Of a DNA stretch of 64,000 nt, positions 55,768 through 64,000 are shown one piece after another. Made by a program: the position numbers and the translations under genes. The notes beneath the pieces were generated by a model. The model was given only the letters and a program-made list of their open reading frames with translations. It made no database searches and was not told the origin of the DNA. The stretch spans positions 928,001 through 992,000 of the forward strand of contig CAXXYH010000004.1 in assembly GCA_963677925.2 (NCBI GenBank), written 5' to 3'. The stretch's first letter is position 1, and every line of letters begins with the position of its first letter. This stretch comes from Spirochaetia bacterium. GTDB taxonomy: Bacteria > Spirochaetota > Spirochaetia > UBA9216.

Positions 55768-57099
55768 TCAGGTTTTTGTCAGAATATATCTGTCTGCAAT
55801 TCTTAAATCATTAAAAAGGAGCTTCATGGCAAGCAGTGAGGCTGCGGAAGCCGAGATTAAATATGCTGTTCCCGGCGGAAAGGCTGTTACGAAAACCTGG
55901 ATTACAGCTATTACAGCGTTTGAGGTGAAAAACAGCAGTGAAGAATAATAGGCATGCCTGTACTGCTCTATGTAATAAAGATAATTAAGCAAAGTTAAGA
56001 GCAGAAGGTGTGAGAATACTGCTGCAAGTGTAATCTGCATAACCGGGTTATCAGTGATGATAATAAAAAATCCGGCTGTAACCGCCTGAAGCAGGCTCTG
56101 TTCCTTAAGGCTTTGAACGGTAGTTTTCTTAAGCTTCAGTTTTGCCCTGTTTATATCTGGGTAATGGGAATTTATCAGACGGTGCAGGAAGTGTTTGAGA
56201 GCTATATAGAAATCTGTTTCTGAATATACAACAAAGAAAATGAGTCCTGGAATCATAGTCAGATTAGCAAGATAAACTGGTATATCATACTCTGCAAACA
56301 TCCTGAAAAAAGTTCCTTCAATAGCGGTGCCTTTTGTAAACCAGAATATCAGTTTGTCGGCCCAAATCCCCCAGTAATAGAATAGCCCGGCACCAAGCAG
56401 ATAACGGTATTTGTAAACGAAGCCTGATCTTTTTTCCAGTTCAGGCTTTTGAGGCTTGTAGGCTGAAGCTGAAAGCAGTACAAGCAGTAATACTATTACA
56501 ATATGGCCGGCTGTGAACCCTGCCAGAGCACCTGCTGTTCCGTATGGTTGTATAAGAAGTTTTATCAGAACCAGTGATGATGCAAGCCCTGCGGTATATA
56601 CTACAAGAATCTTGATATACCACTTCAAAACAGATACAAAGAGCATTATGAGCCACAGACAGTTGACTGTCATAAAAAGTACGGCTGCGGATATTTTGAA
56701 TAGAAGAAGATGTTCAATCCCTGTATCAATGGACAGTACTGCGGGAAGTGCGATAACAGCGGATACTCCTGCTACCGGAAGCATGATCAGCAGTACATAT
56801 CCCAGGGCCTGCCTCTCCTGTTTTTCATAAATCAGGTCACTCATTCGCCTGGTGAAAAGGTAGTGTACTCCTCCGAAAATAAACAGTGAAAATGCATAAC
56901 AGTAGATCACTGCACCCATGAAGAGTTCCAGACTGCCGTTGCCTGAAAAATCAACCAGTTTCTGAATAATTGAGATTGTCAGAATTGAAAGAAGCCAGGG
57001 GCCGGCAACGATCATTGCACCGGACATAGCCGTCTGCATAAATGCGCTTACTCCTCCCTTGCTTACAACCCTCCGTAGTTCAAAACCGATGCCGGCCAT
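55768..57099 (-). CDS. pelG: Pel polysaccharide transporter PelG
   Basis: Signature N-terminus MAGIGFELR, GPW, R..SD.IY, W.DK..FW, YD.P.YLA.LT.IPG...F....ET.F; multi-TM. Confidence 0.93.
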   Translation of the reverse strand: MAGIGFELRRVVSKGGVSAFMQTAMSGAMIVAGPWLLSILTISIIQKLVDFSGNGSLELFMGAVIYCYAFSLFIFGGVHYLFTRRMSDLIYEKQERQALGYVLLIMLPVAGVSAVIALPAVLSIDTGIEHLLLFKISAAVLFMTVNCLWLIMLFVSVLKWYIKILVVYTAGLASSLVLIKLLIQPYGTAGALAGFTAGHIVIVLLLVLLSASAYKPQKPELEKRSGFVYKYRYLLGAGLFYYWGIWADKLIFWFTKGTAIEGTFFRMFAEYDIPVYLANLTMIPGLIFFVVYSETDFYIALKHFLHRLINSHYPDINRAKLKLKKTTVQSLKEQSLLQAVTAGFFIIITDNPVMQITLAAVFSHLLLLTLLNYLYYIEQYRHAYYSSLLFFTSNAVIAVIQVFVTAFPPGTAYLISASAASLLAMKLLFNDLRIADRYILTKT

Positions 57100-58496
57100 T
57101 ATTCAGCATTCCTCCCTGTGGTGGTATAGATTTCTGAATATTTCTTATGCAGGTCTGTCTTGTCGTAGAAGGTTACGGTTTTGTACCGGTTGGATTCTAT
57201 GAGAGACTTTCGTTCATCGGGATGACTGTACAGATAAATTATTGCAGATGCCAGCTTCTGGGCGTCCTTTGGGGCTGATATGAAGCGCTCGTCATAATCA
57301 AGCATCTCCGGAACGTTTCCGACACCGGTTGATACAACCGGAACACCTGCACAGTAGGCTTCAAGTATGACCAGAGGCTGCGCCTCCCGGACGCTTGTCA
57401 GCGCCATCACATCAAGGAATTTATAATAGTTCAGTACATTCTGTCTGCCGGTAAAGATGAAACGGTCTGTTATTTTCAGGCTCTCAGTCAGCATCACGCA
57501 GTCCCTGTAGTAACCGGGATCTTCATCTGTAGGGCCGATGCAGTAAAAAATTGCCTCGGGTATCCGCTCCAGTACAATCTTTGCTGTTGAAATGTAGGTT
57601 TTAATATCCTTTATAGGAACAACTCTGCCCACAAGACCCACATGGAATCCCTCTTTTTCCTCGCGCTCAACCATGAATCTCTGTATATCAATACCATTGG
57701 GAATGACCTCTGTTTTTGCAGGATCGGCGCCAAGTTCATGCTGTTTCCGTCTGTTTTCTTCGAACAGAGAGATGATTTTATCAGCGTGCTTGTAGCAGAT
57801 TGTGCTGAAGTTATTGTAAAGGCCGGTCCACATGTCACGCTGGTAGCCGCGGATGATGTTGGTCTTTCTGATTTCCATTTCGCGTTCTTTGTGGTAAAGA
57901 CCGTGCTCGGTAAGGATGCAGGGTTTGTTGTGCCTTATTGAGGCCGAAATAGCTGCTATTCCGGCAAAGCCTGTTGAAATTGCATGATAAATATCGGCCT
58001 GAGGAGCTCTGCTTCCGATTATTGTAAACAGCATGTCGAAGGCCGATTTCCATGCCCAGTAGTAATCTGTAAACGCATAGATAGGGTTGTTCTTCAGGTT
58101 CCCTTTGATCATTCGCTGCCAGCCGGCCTCGCTGTTTATGGCTTTGTCATATAGAAAATAGCCTTCGGGTATAATGTTGACAAGTTTTCTGAAGCTGCCC
58201 GGATCACCGTACTCTGTGAGATCGTGAGCTATCAAAACTGCGGTATCGGTATCTTTTCGAGAGGGCGGGTGTTCAGTTGATTCGTAGTGCTTATTGAGTA
58301 CTATATCATGGTGCAGAACTACGTTTTCAGGAAGGGTGTAGCGCAGTTCCATGTCCTCTTCGGGTGATATGGTATACAGAATAAAATCAAAATCAGGAAG
58401 ATTCAGGATGAGATCATGAGTCCAGGCTGACACGCCGCCTGTAATATAGGGGTAGGAGCCCTCAAGGACGAGTGCTATTTTTATTCTTCCGCTCAT
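57099..58496 (-). CDS. pelF: GT4 glycosyltransferase PelF
   Basis: LEGSYPY..GGVS.W (DUF3492), YHAISTG.AG, LTEHG.Y..ER, GRVVPIKD.KT, LTS..EAQPLVILEA. Confidence 0.93.
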   Translation of the reverse strand: MSGRIKIALVLEGSYPYITGGVSAWTHDLILNLPDFDFILYTISPEEDMELRYTLPENVVLHHDIVLNKHYESTEHPPSRKDTDTAVLIAHDLTEYGDPGSFRKLVNIIPEGYFLYDKAINSEAGWQRMIKGNLKNNPIYAFTDYYWAWKSAFDMLFTIIGSRAPQADIYHAISTGFAGIAAISASIRHNKPCILTEHGLYHKEREMEIRKTNIIRGYQRDMWTGLYNNFSTICYKHADKIISLFEENRRKQHELGADPAKTEVIPNGIDIQRFMVEREEKEGFHVGLVGRVVPIKDIKTYISTAKIVLERIPEAIFYCIGPTDEDPGYYRDCVMLTESLKITDRFIFTGRQNVLNYYKFLDVMALTSVREAQPLVILEAYCAGVPVVSTGVGNVPEMLDYDERFISAPKDAQKLASAIIYLYSHPDERKSLIESNRYKTVTFYDKTDLHKKYSEIYTTTGRNAE

Positions 58497-59215
58497 TGTT
58501 CCTTCCAGAAGTCAATAAGTTCCAGTGTTTCAGTATCCAGATCCTCACGATGTTTTTCAAGAAGACCAAGGTATCTGTTCACCTCTGCGAAATCTCTTTC
58601 CCTGAAGGCGATTTCAGCTTTCATAAGTATAAATTCAGGAACACCTTTTTCTGCGTCTGCAAGTATTACCTTTGCCTGAAAGGGCAGGTTAAGTTCCAGC
58701 AGGACCCTTGCCATGTTGAGACGGTCCTTACGGATTAGTTCTTTCTTCTTTTGAATCTCCCTGTAGCATCCGAAAGATTCCTGAAGGTAGAAATTTTTAA
58801 GATCCGGAGTCATCTTGTTGATCACAGACATCTGCATGTAAAGATCGGCTTTCAGTCTGAAATTATCATCTGCAGCTTCTTCAATTTTTCGGTTGTATTC
58901 ATTTTCTATAGCATTAATGCTTTCGGCAGCAAACAGCGCAATTTCTTTATCTCTGTTTTTAACAAGTTTATTCAGGATGTCAACAAGCAGACTGTTAGTC
59001 ATGATGTCTCTGTCACGCTGAGCAAGGATTCTTTCTATTTCATACAGATTGTCAGGATTTTCTATCACCGGTTCAATTGATGTTGTCTTGTAGATGAAAA
59101 CTTCAGCGGGGATGAAGCCCTTTCTTGCCGCCTTGTACGCCGCATAGGGAGTTTTAGGTGCAAAGTACTGATCCATGGATTTGATGTAGTCATAGCTGTT
59201 TGCAGACATTTCCAT
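58493..59215 (-). CDS. PelE-like helical/TPR protein (soluble, no obvious TM)
   Basis: Sits between pelD and pelF with overlapping stop/start; L....D.EI.LFAA..I..IE..Y resembles PelE; TPR-like C-terminus. Confidence 0.6.
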   Translation of the reverse strand: MEMSANSYDYIKSMDQYFAPKTPYAAYKAARKGFIPAEVFIYKTTSIEPVIENPDNLYEIERILAQRDRDIMTNSLLVDILNKLVKNRDKEIALFAAESINAIENEYNRKIEEAADDNFRLKADLYMQMSVINKMTPDLKNFYLQESFGCYREIQKKKELIRKDRLNMARVLLELNLPFQAKVILADAEKGVPEFILMKAEIAFRERDFAEVNRYLGLLEKHREDLDTETLELIDFWKEQ

Positions 59216-59220
59216 CCTCC

Positions 59221-60621
59221 CTAGATCTTCTGAATTTCAAGGATATGTTCCGCTTCTTTGATAAGTTCTTCTGTATCAGAGGCGTTGTCTCCGAGAGTTG
59301 CATAACCGATTAACAGTTCTGGCTGGACAGCCCGGCCGTCGATTTCCCCCAGTCCATTATTTGCCATTTCCAGTATTTCGAGACAAAGCAGTGATGCTCC
59401 GTCGGAGGACACTCCGGGAATCAGTGCTGCAAACTGGTTCTCAGACTTGAACATAAAGAATTCCGCCATACCTGCAGCAAGAAGCTGGATCTCATTGATG
59501 AAATCAGTGAATACATTCCAGAGTTTCTTCTTCTTGAAGCTTTCGAACAGCTGCTGGTAATTTGCTATCTCAACTATCAGGAGGCTGACTTTCGGCGGTT
59601 CTTCTCCGGCTTCCGGTTTATACTTTTCAAGCATGTTGTAAAGCTGTGAAAACAACGGCAATCCGGTAGTTTTATCAATTTCGTTTTGCTGGGACTGTTT
59701 CTCATAGTTTACAGCTCGTGCAAGTGCAGGTTCGGCCAGGCTTATTATGATTTCAAGTATTTTCTCGGTATAGCTGTTGTATTTTATAAAAGGCATTTCT
59801 TCGATATTAAGAACGCCCCAGACTTTCTTCTGAATGGATATTGGGAGAGTTATTATATTTTCACCGGCGTCCATTTTGCTTAAATGCTCGAAATTGTTAA
59901 TCATCCGGACAGATACCATTCTATTGTTTCTGAAGACCCAGCCTTCAATGCTGTTTTCCATATCAAGGAATTCAGAATTATCTATCTTTCCTGATTTACT
60001 CCTTGAGGCAGCAGGAGAAAGAAAGCCCGGAACATTGGAAGGCGCCCAGATAGATGCCGATGTTGTCTCTGTGAACATTTCAACTGTTTCCAGAAGGATA
60101 TCGAGAGACTTGTTGAGATTCAGGCTGTCCATTCTGTGCATCTGGTTGTAAAGCGAGCTCAGCGAAACCCTCTGGCCTGAAATCCTCTGTTCCAGTTCTC
60201 TTGTTATTTCAAACTGTGCATCAGAAAGACTTTTCAGTCTCTGATTCTCTGCAGCAAGTTCTCTGTGACGGTTTTTAATTTCCTGCATTTTTCTCCGGTC
60301 ATTTGCCCTTAGGGTGCCGAAGATATAAATAAGAACCAGGCCTGTCGCTGCTGGGAAAGCATAACCGGTGATACTGTCTGAAAAAGGTTCACCATTTATG
60401 GAAATTTGAATAAACGCTGCAGCCGCCGAGATCAGCAGTGCAGTGAAGCCGGAAACGCGGTCGTATATAACTGCGCAGATTAGTGATGCAACGATATAAG
60501 GTGTAAACAGAAGGCCTGAGAACCCGGGTCCGCCGAATTTGATGAAAAAATCGACGGCCGCTATAATGATAATGATAGCCGCTGTTTCCATAATATGTTT
60601 GAAGTAGGTTTTCTGCCTCAT
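59221..60621 (-). CDS. pelD: PelD-like membrane protein: 4 TM + coiled coil + GAF + degenerate GGDEF
   Basis: Four N-terminal TM helices, GAF (WGVLNIEEMPF), D.TTGL at the start of a GGDEF fold with SENQF in place of GGDEF; first gene of the pelDEFG unit. Confidence 0.7.
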   Translation of the reverse strand: MRQKTYFKHIMETAAIIIIIAAVDFFIKFGGPGFSGLLFTPYIVASLICAVIYDRVSGFTALLISAAAAFIQISINGEPFSDSITGYAFPAATGLVLIYIFGTLRANDRRKMQEIKNRHRELAAENQRLKSLSDAQFEITRELEQRISGQRVSLSSLYNQMHRMDSLNLNKSLDILLETVEMFTETTSASIWAPSNVPGFLSPAASRSKSGKIDNSEFLDMENSIEGWVFRNNRMVSVRMINNFEHLSKMDAGENIITLPISIQKKVWGVLNIEEMPFIKYNSYTEKILEIIISLAEPALARAVNYEKQSQQNEIDKTTGLPLFSQLYNMLEKYKPEAGEEPPKVSLLIVEIANYQQLFESFKKKKLWNVFTDFINEIQLLAAGMAEFFMFKSENQFAALIPGVSSDGASLLCLEILEMANNGLGEIDGRAVQPELLIGYATLGDNASDTEELIKEAEHILEIQKI

Positions 60622-60664
60622 TAGTATTATATTATACCGGATAGATTACGGAGGATAAAGAAGA

Positions 60665-63600
60665 ATGTTCAACATTACCAGAGCAGGCAGATTTTTTGGG
60701 ATACTCGCCTGTTTAAGCCTGATGATAATGACTCCGGTCTTCTCCCAGGACGGAAATCCTGAAGGAGATCCCCTTCTTACTCCGGTTTTTGCCCGGACGA
60801 ACCCGGGATTGGTTTTTGTTGAAGGCGAAGCTGCTGTTTCAACCAATTTTGCCGGTGAGCCCGTCTCGAACTACGGATGTTCCGGTTTCAGAAGTCTGCA
60901 GCTTAACAGAACTACCGGCCAGCAGGGCGGTGCAGCCTTCTTTGCGGAATATGTTTTCTACGTTCCTTCCGACGGCCTGTATCAGTTCTGGTACGGAGGT
61001 ACGCCTCCGGGGCCGCAGGATGATCTTCTTCCTTCGTATTCCAGTCCGTTTTCCTATATTCTTGACAATGGTGAGCGGATAAATGTATACCGTGAAAATA
61101 TTACAGTTGTTGAAGGTTATACACCTTCTTACTACTGGAACCGTGTAAATGAAATTGAGCTCACCAAGGGTACACACAGGATAAGGGTTGAAGTTTCAGA
61201 GAAAAGGGGTTTCGACGGAAAGTACTATTTCTATCTCGATTCGCTGTTTTTTCTGAACCCGGAAAACTTTGATTCTGAAAATACACCGTCAGTTTTTCCG
61301 CAGAATACTGAAGATACATCAATTAACAGTTATTTTCTTACTCTCAACGAGTACGACGCATATATCAATACACATCCCGATGATAAGGGAATATATCTAG
61401 AGGTTTCACTTGTATATTCGCTTCTTGGGGACTACCAGAATGCTCTTAAAAATCTTAACAAGGCTATGGCTCTTGATTCCTCAGATCCTGAACCGGTTAT
61501 ACTTTCGGCTAAAAACAGACTGTGGAAGGGGGATGTTAAGGAGAGTCTTGCTCTATATGAAAGGGCTTTGAATTTAGCTCCCGAGGATGCAGCGCTCTGG
61601 TCAGAGGCAGGAAAGGTTGCCGCCTGGACTGCCAACTACTACAAGGCGATAGATTTTTTTACACGTGGTCTTGCGCTTTTTCCCGAGGATCTCAATCTTA
61701 AAGTAAATCTCGGTCTTACATATCTGTGGATGTCCAGTTCTGAAGAAGCAGAACGTATTCTTGATGAAGCCCTTGCCCAGTCTCTTACTGATACAGACAG
61801 TCTTGCAGAACTTGGTAAGATAGAGGAAGCCAACGGCTATGCCGAATATGCACGGGAAGTTTATACCAGAGCCATAGAAAGTCATCCGGAATACCTGGAG
61901 TTTTATCTGCTGCTTCAGCAGTCGTATCTTTCCTCCGGAATGAAGGAAGAGTCGGATCGTATCGGAAGCCTTGTAGAATCAACTTTTGTCCGGAGCCCTG
62001 AACTTGAAACTGAACTGGAAATATATGTTCAGAAGCTCAGAATGAGGGATGATGTTATTAACAGCTACCTTGAAAGGCTTAAAGAGGATCCGGGGAATCT
62101 GATGCTGAGACAGGAACTTGCCCAGACATATTTCTGGAACGGACTTAAAAAAGAGGCTATTGAGCAGATACGCTATGTCCTTACGACATACTCATATCGT
62201 GCAGCATCAGAGTTCACCAGACGGAATGCTGATCTGATTCAGCTCTCGGCAGAAGTTTATTCGCTGCTTGAACTGTTAAAAGGCTATTCTTCATATGCAC
62301 AGGGCGTCAGGCAGAGACTTTCTGCTGCTGCTTCAGCCCTGTCGAAGGCTGTCTCTGCATCATCCAAAGAGCCCGAAGCTCTTTTGCTGAAGCAGGAATA
62401 TGACAATAAGGCCGCTGAATATGCAGGTGCAGTTGATGATTTACGAGATGCTGTTGAGCTTTTTGAGTCATGGACCTCTGAACTTGATTCCTATGAGTCC
62501 TTGATTGAAGAACTTTCGGGTAAAGAAGTTGCAGATGAAGAGGCTTTCAGTGCCGCCGTTTCCGCTTCCGGCTGGGTGTGGAATATTGATGAAGATTTGA
62601 GAGAACTCGAATCGGTTCTGCCTTTCGAGCCTGAGCTGGCCTCATACATGCTTGCATGGCTTTATCGCCAGGACGGCCGTTACCAGGATGCGGCCGCAGT
62701 GCTGTTTGGTGAAAAGGGACAGCTGGACAGTAGTGATTCAGGTATGCATTTTCTCCTTTATGAGAATCTTATGCGGTTTGGTGATGAAACCGGCCGGCTT
62801 GGACTCTATCAGTCCGATGAGCAGATGTTTCTTTCTGAGTATCCCTCAGCAGAAAATATTGAATCCAGGTACCTCACTCTTGCTGCAATGAATCTTCAGG
62901 AAAGCTCCGGCAGCGGAGTGTATTATGAAGGGCTTGAAGAGGAGGCTGGTGAGCTTGTGACCATTCTCGGTGAGCAGCTCGGTATGCTGTCTTCAAGTCT
63001 GCGCAATAATGAGCGCTTCGATCGGCTGGTAAACAGGATTATTCAGGGCCGGCTGAAAAGAGCTGCCTACTATCTGCAGGCTGATACCTACCTCATCCGC
63101 TATGAGCTTGGCGACTATTACCTCGATGAGGGGGAAAATAAAAAGGCCTCGGAGCAGTTCAGGTATGTAATAGCCGTTGATCCCTGGAATATTTCAGCCA
63201 GCTATAAGCTTGGAGTGGTAGAGCAGCGCTACGGCAACTGGTATGAGGCTATGAAGTATTACAAGAAGGTGTATCTGCAGGACCCTGTATATGAAAATAC
63301 TGCCTACTACTATAACCAGCTTGCCAGATCTCATGCAGATACGTTCAGTTCTTCAATGCAGCTGGTGGCCAGCCCGTCAGAGATAAGCCTTCTGGGTGAG
63401 CTTCGTTATCAGTCTGAACTTAACACTGTATTCGGAATCAATGCCGGCTATAAGCTTGATCAGCAGCGGCTGTACCGGGCTTACGGTGACAATAGCCAGG
63501 GCAGTTTTCAGGTTCACAATATTGATGCCGGATTAAGTTTCAGCTTTATAGATATAGGACTCAAAATTACTCCCTGGGGCGGTGTTAATGCGGACAGCCT

Positions 63601-64000
63601 TTATTATTCTACCGATTATGTCTTTGCAGAGGAATCCTTTGTTACCTTTTCCGAGTTTTTTCAGACCATATCGGTATATCCTGTATACGGGGCAAAGCTG
63701 TCATGGGACTATGATTTTCTTGGCCTTGATCTGGACTGGAGATATATAATTGAACCCGATACCTTTTATCCTGATCGGAATGCCGTTTATAAAAATGATA
63801 TAACAGCAGCAGCGGACACATGGTTTGATCTTGACGGCTCGGATATTCTGGGGCCCCTGACAACGCGGACTTACGGAAGACTGCAGTTTATGGATGATGG
63901 AAATCTTAAAGGTCAGATTATGCAGGATGTAAATCTGGGCATATCCTTGTTAAGTTCACCGATATTTAAAATATTTACCGGTGCTCTTTTTAACTACGAA
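60665..64000 (+). CDS. Large exported protein: CBM-like domain + TPR repeats + probable outer-membrane beta-barrel (partial, runs off the right edge)
   Basis: Not in the ORF track (no stop in window). GGAGGA RBS then ATG 60665 MFNITRAGRFFGILACLSLMIMTPVFSQ; VFVEGE...ELTKGTHRIRVE...YLDSL; TPRs (LGDYQNALKNLNKAMALD, ELGDYYLDEGENKKASEQF); amphipathic strands after about 63340; frame still open at 64000 (IFTGALFNYE). Confidence 0.85.
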   Translation, partial: MFNITRAGRFFGILACLSLMIMTPVFSQDGNPEGDPLLTPVFARTNPGLVFVEGEAAVSTNFAGEPVSNYGCSGFRSLQLNRTTGQQGGAAFFAEYVFYVPSDGLYQFWYGGTPPGPQDDLLPSYSSPFSYILDNGERINVYRENITVVEGYTPSYYWNRVNEIELTKGTHRIRVEVSEKRGFDGKYYFYLDSLFFLNPENFDSENTPSVFPQNTEDTSINSYFLTLNEYDAYINTHPDDKGIYLEVSLVYSLLGDYQNALKNLNKAMALDSSDPEPVILSAKNRLWKGDVKESLALYERALNLAPEDAALWSEAGKVAAWTANYYKAIDFFTRGLALFPEDLNLKVNLGLTYLWMSSSEEAERILDEALAQSLTDTDSLAELGKIEEANGYAEYAREVYTRAIESHPEYLEFYLLLQQSYLSSGMKEESDRIGSLVESTFVRSPELETELEIYVQKLRMRDDVINSYLERLKEDPGNLMLRQELAQTYFWNGLKKEAIEQIRYVLTTYSYRAASEFTRRNADLIQLSAEVYSLLELLKGYSSYAQGVRQRLSAAASALSKAVSASSKEPEALLLKQEYDNKAAEYAGAVDDLRDAVELFESWTSELDSYESLIEELSGKEVADEEAFSAAVSASGWVWNIDEDLRELESVLPFEPELASYMLAWLYRQDGRYQDAAAVLFGEKGQLDSSDSGMHFLLYENLMRFGDETGRLGLYQSDEQMFLSEYPSAENIESRYLTLAAMNLQESSGSGVYYEGLEEEAGELVTILGEQLGMLSSSLRNNERFDRLVNRIIQGRLKRAAYYLQADTYLIRYELGDYYLDEGENKKASEQFRYVIAVDPWNISASYKLGVVEQRYGNWYEAMKYYKKVYLQDPVYENTAYYYNQLARSHADTFSSSMQLVASPSEISLLGELRYQSELNTVFGINAGYKLDQQRLYRAYGDNSQGSFQVHNIDAGLSFSFIDIGLKITPWGGVNADSLYYSTDYVFAEESFVTFSEFFQTISVYPVYGAKLSWDYDFLGLDLDWRYIIEPDTFYPDRNAVYKNDITAAADTWFDLDGSDILGPLTTRTYGRLQFMDDGNLKGQIMQDVNLGISLLSSPIFKIFTGALFNYE

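Noticed and set aside
59221-60621. Active diguanylate cyclase
   Set aside because: GGDEF motif is replaced by SENQF.
60646-63863. Short ORFs listed in the track over the last 3.4 kb
   Set aside because: All overlap the long uncalled + strand ORF starting at 60665, which has an RBS, signal peptide and coherent domains.

Overview
Bacterial chromosomal window, most likely from an anaerobic spirochaete (Spirochaetales-like; inferred from the 'AGGQGE/AGGSQE'-type lipoprotein N-termini and a giant surface protein ending in a FlgD-Ig/CTD-like domain). Left end (1-5.3 kb): frameshifted 5'-nucleotidase, a GC-rich REP-like element, an FN3 lipoprotein with a DUF2271-like flavinylation motif, and tandem aroQ genes (the second lacks catalytic residues) plus a degenerate TIM-barrel. 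Middle (5.5-36.6 kb): a ~31 kb catabolic island with GntR and PucR regulators, a peptide-type ABC importer, two TRAP importers, six esterase genes and a seven-gene core operon (HMG/CHA aldolase, Ldh_2 hydroxyacid dehydrogenase, aldehyde:ferredoxin oxidoreductase, SDR, cupin, IolN-like ring hydrolase, Zn-dehydrogenase). My best hypothesis (inference, untested) is that the core operon encodes an undescribed oxygen-independent, non-aromatic quinate ring-cleavage pathway to pyruvate + oxaloacetate, fed by quinate esters. Right (36.6-64 kb): a 4358-aa repetitive adhesin-like protein, lipoproteins, GT2, DUF2804, galU and a pelDEFG exopolysaccharide operon with an atypical PelD and a divergent CBM-TPR-beta-barrel gene that runs off the window and is missing from the ORF track. 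No rRNA, tRNA, CRISPR array or transposase recognised.
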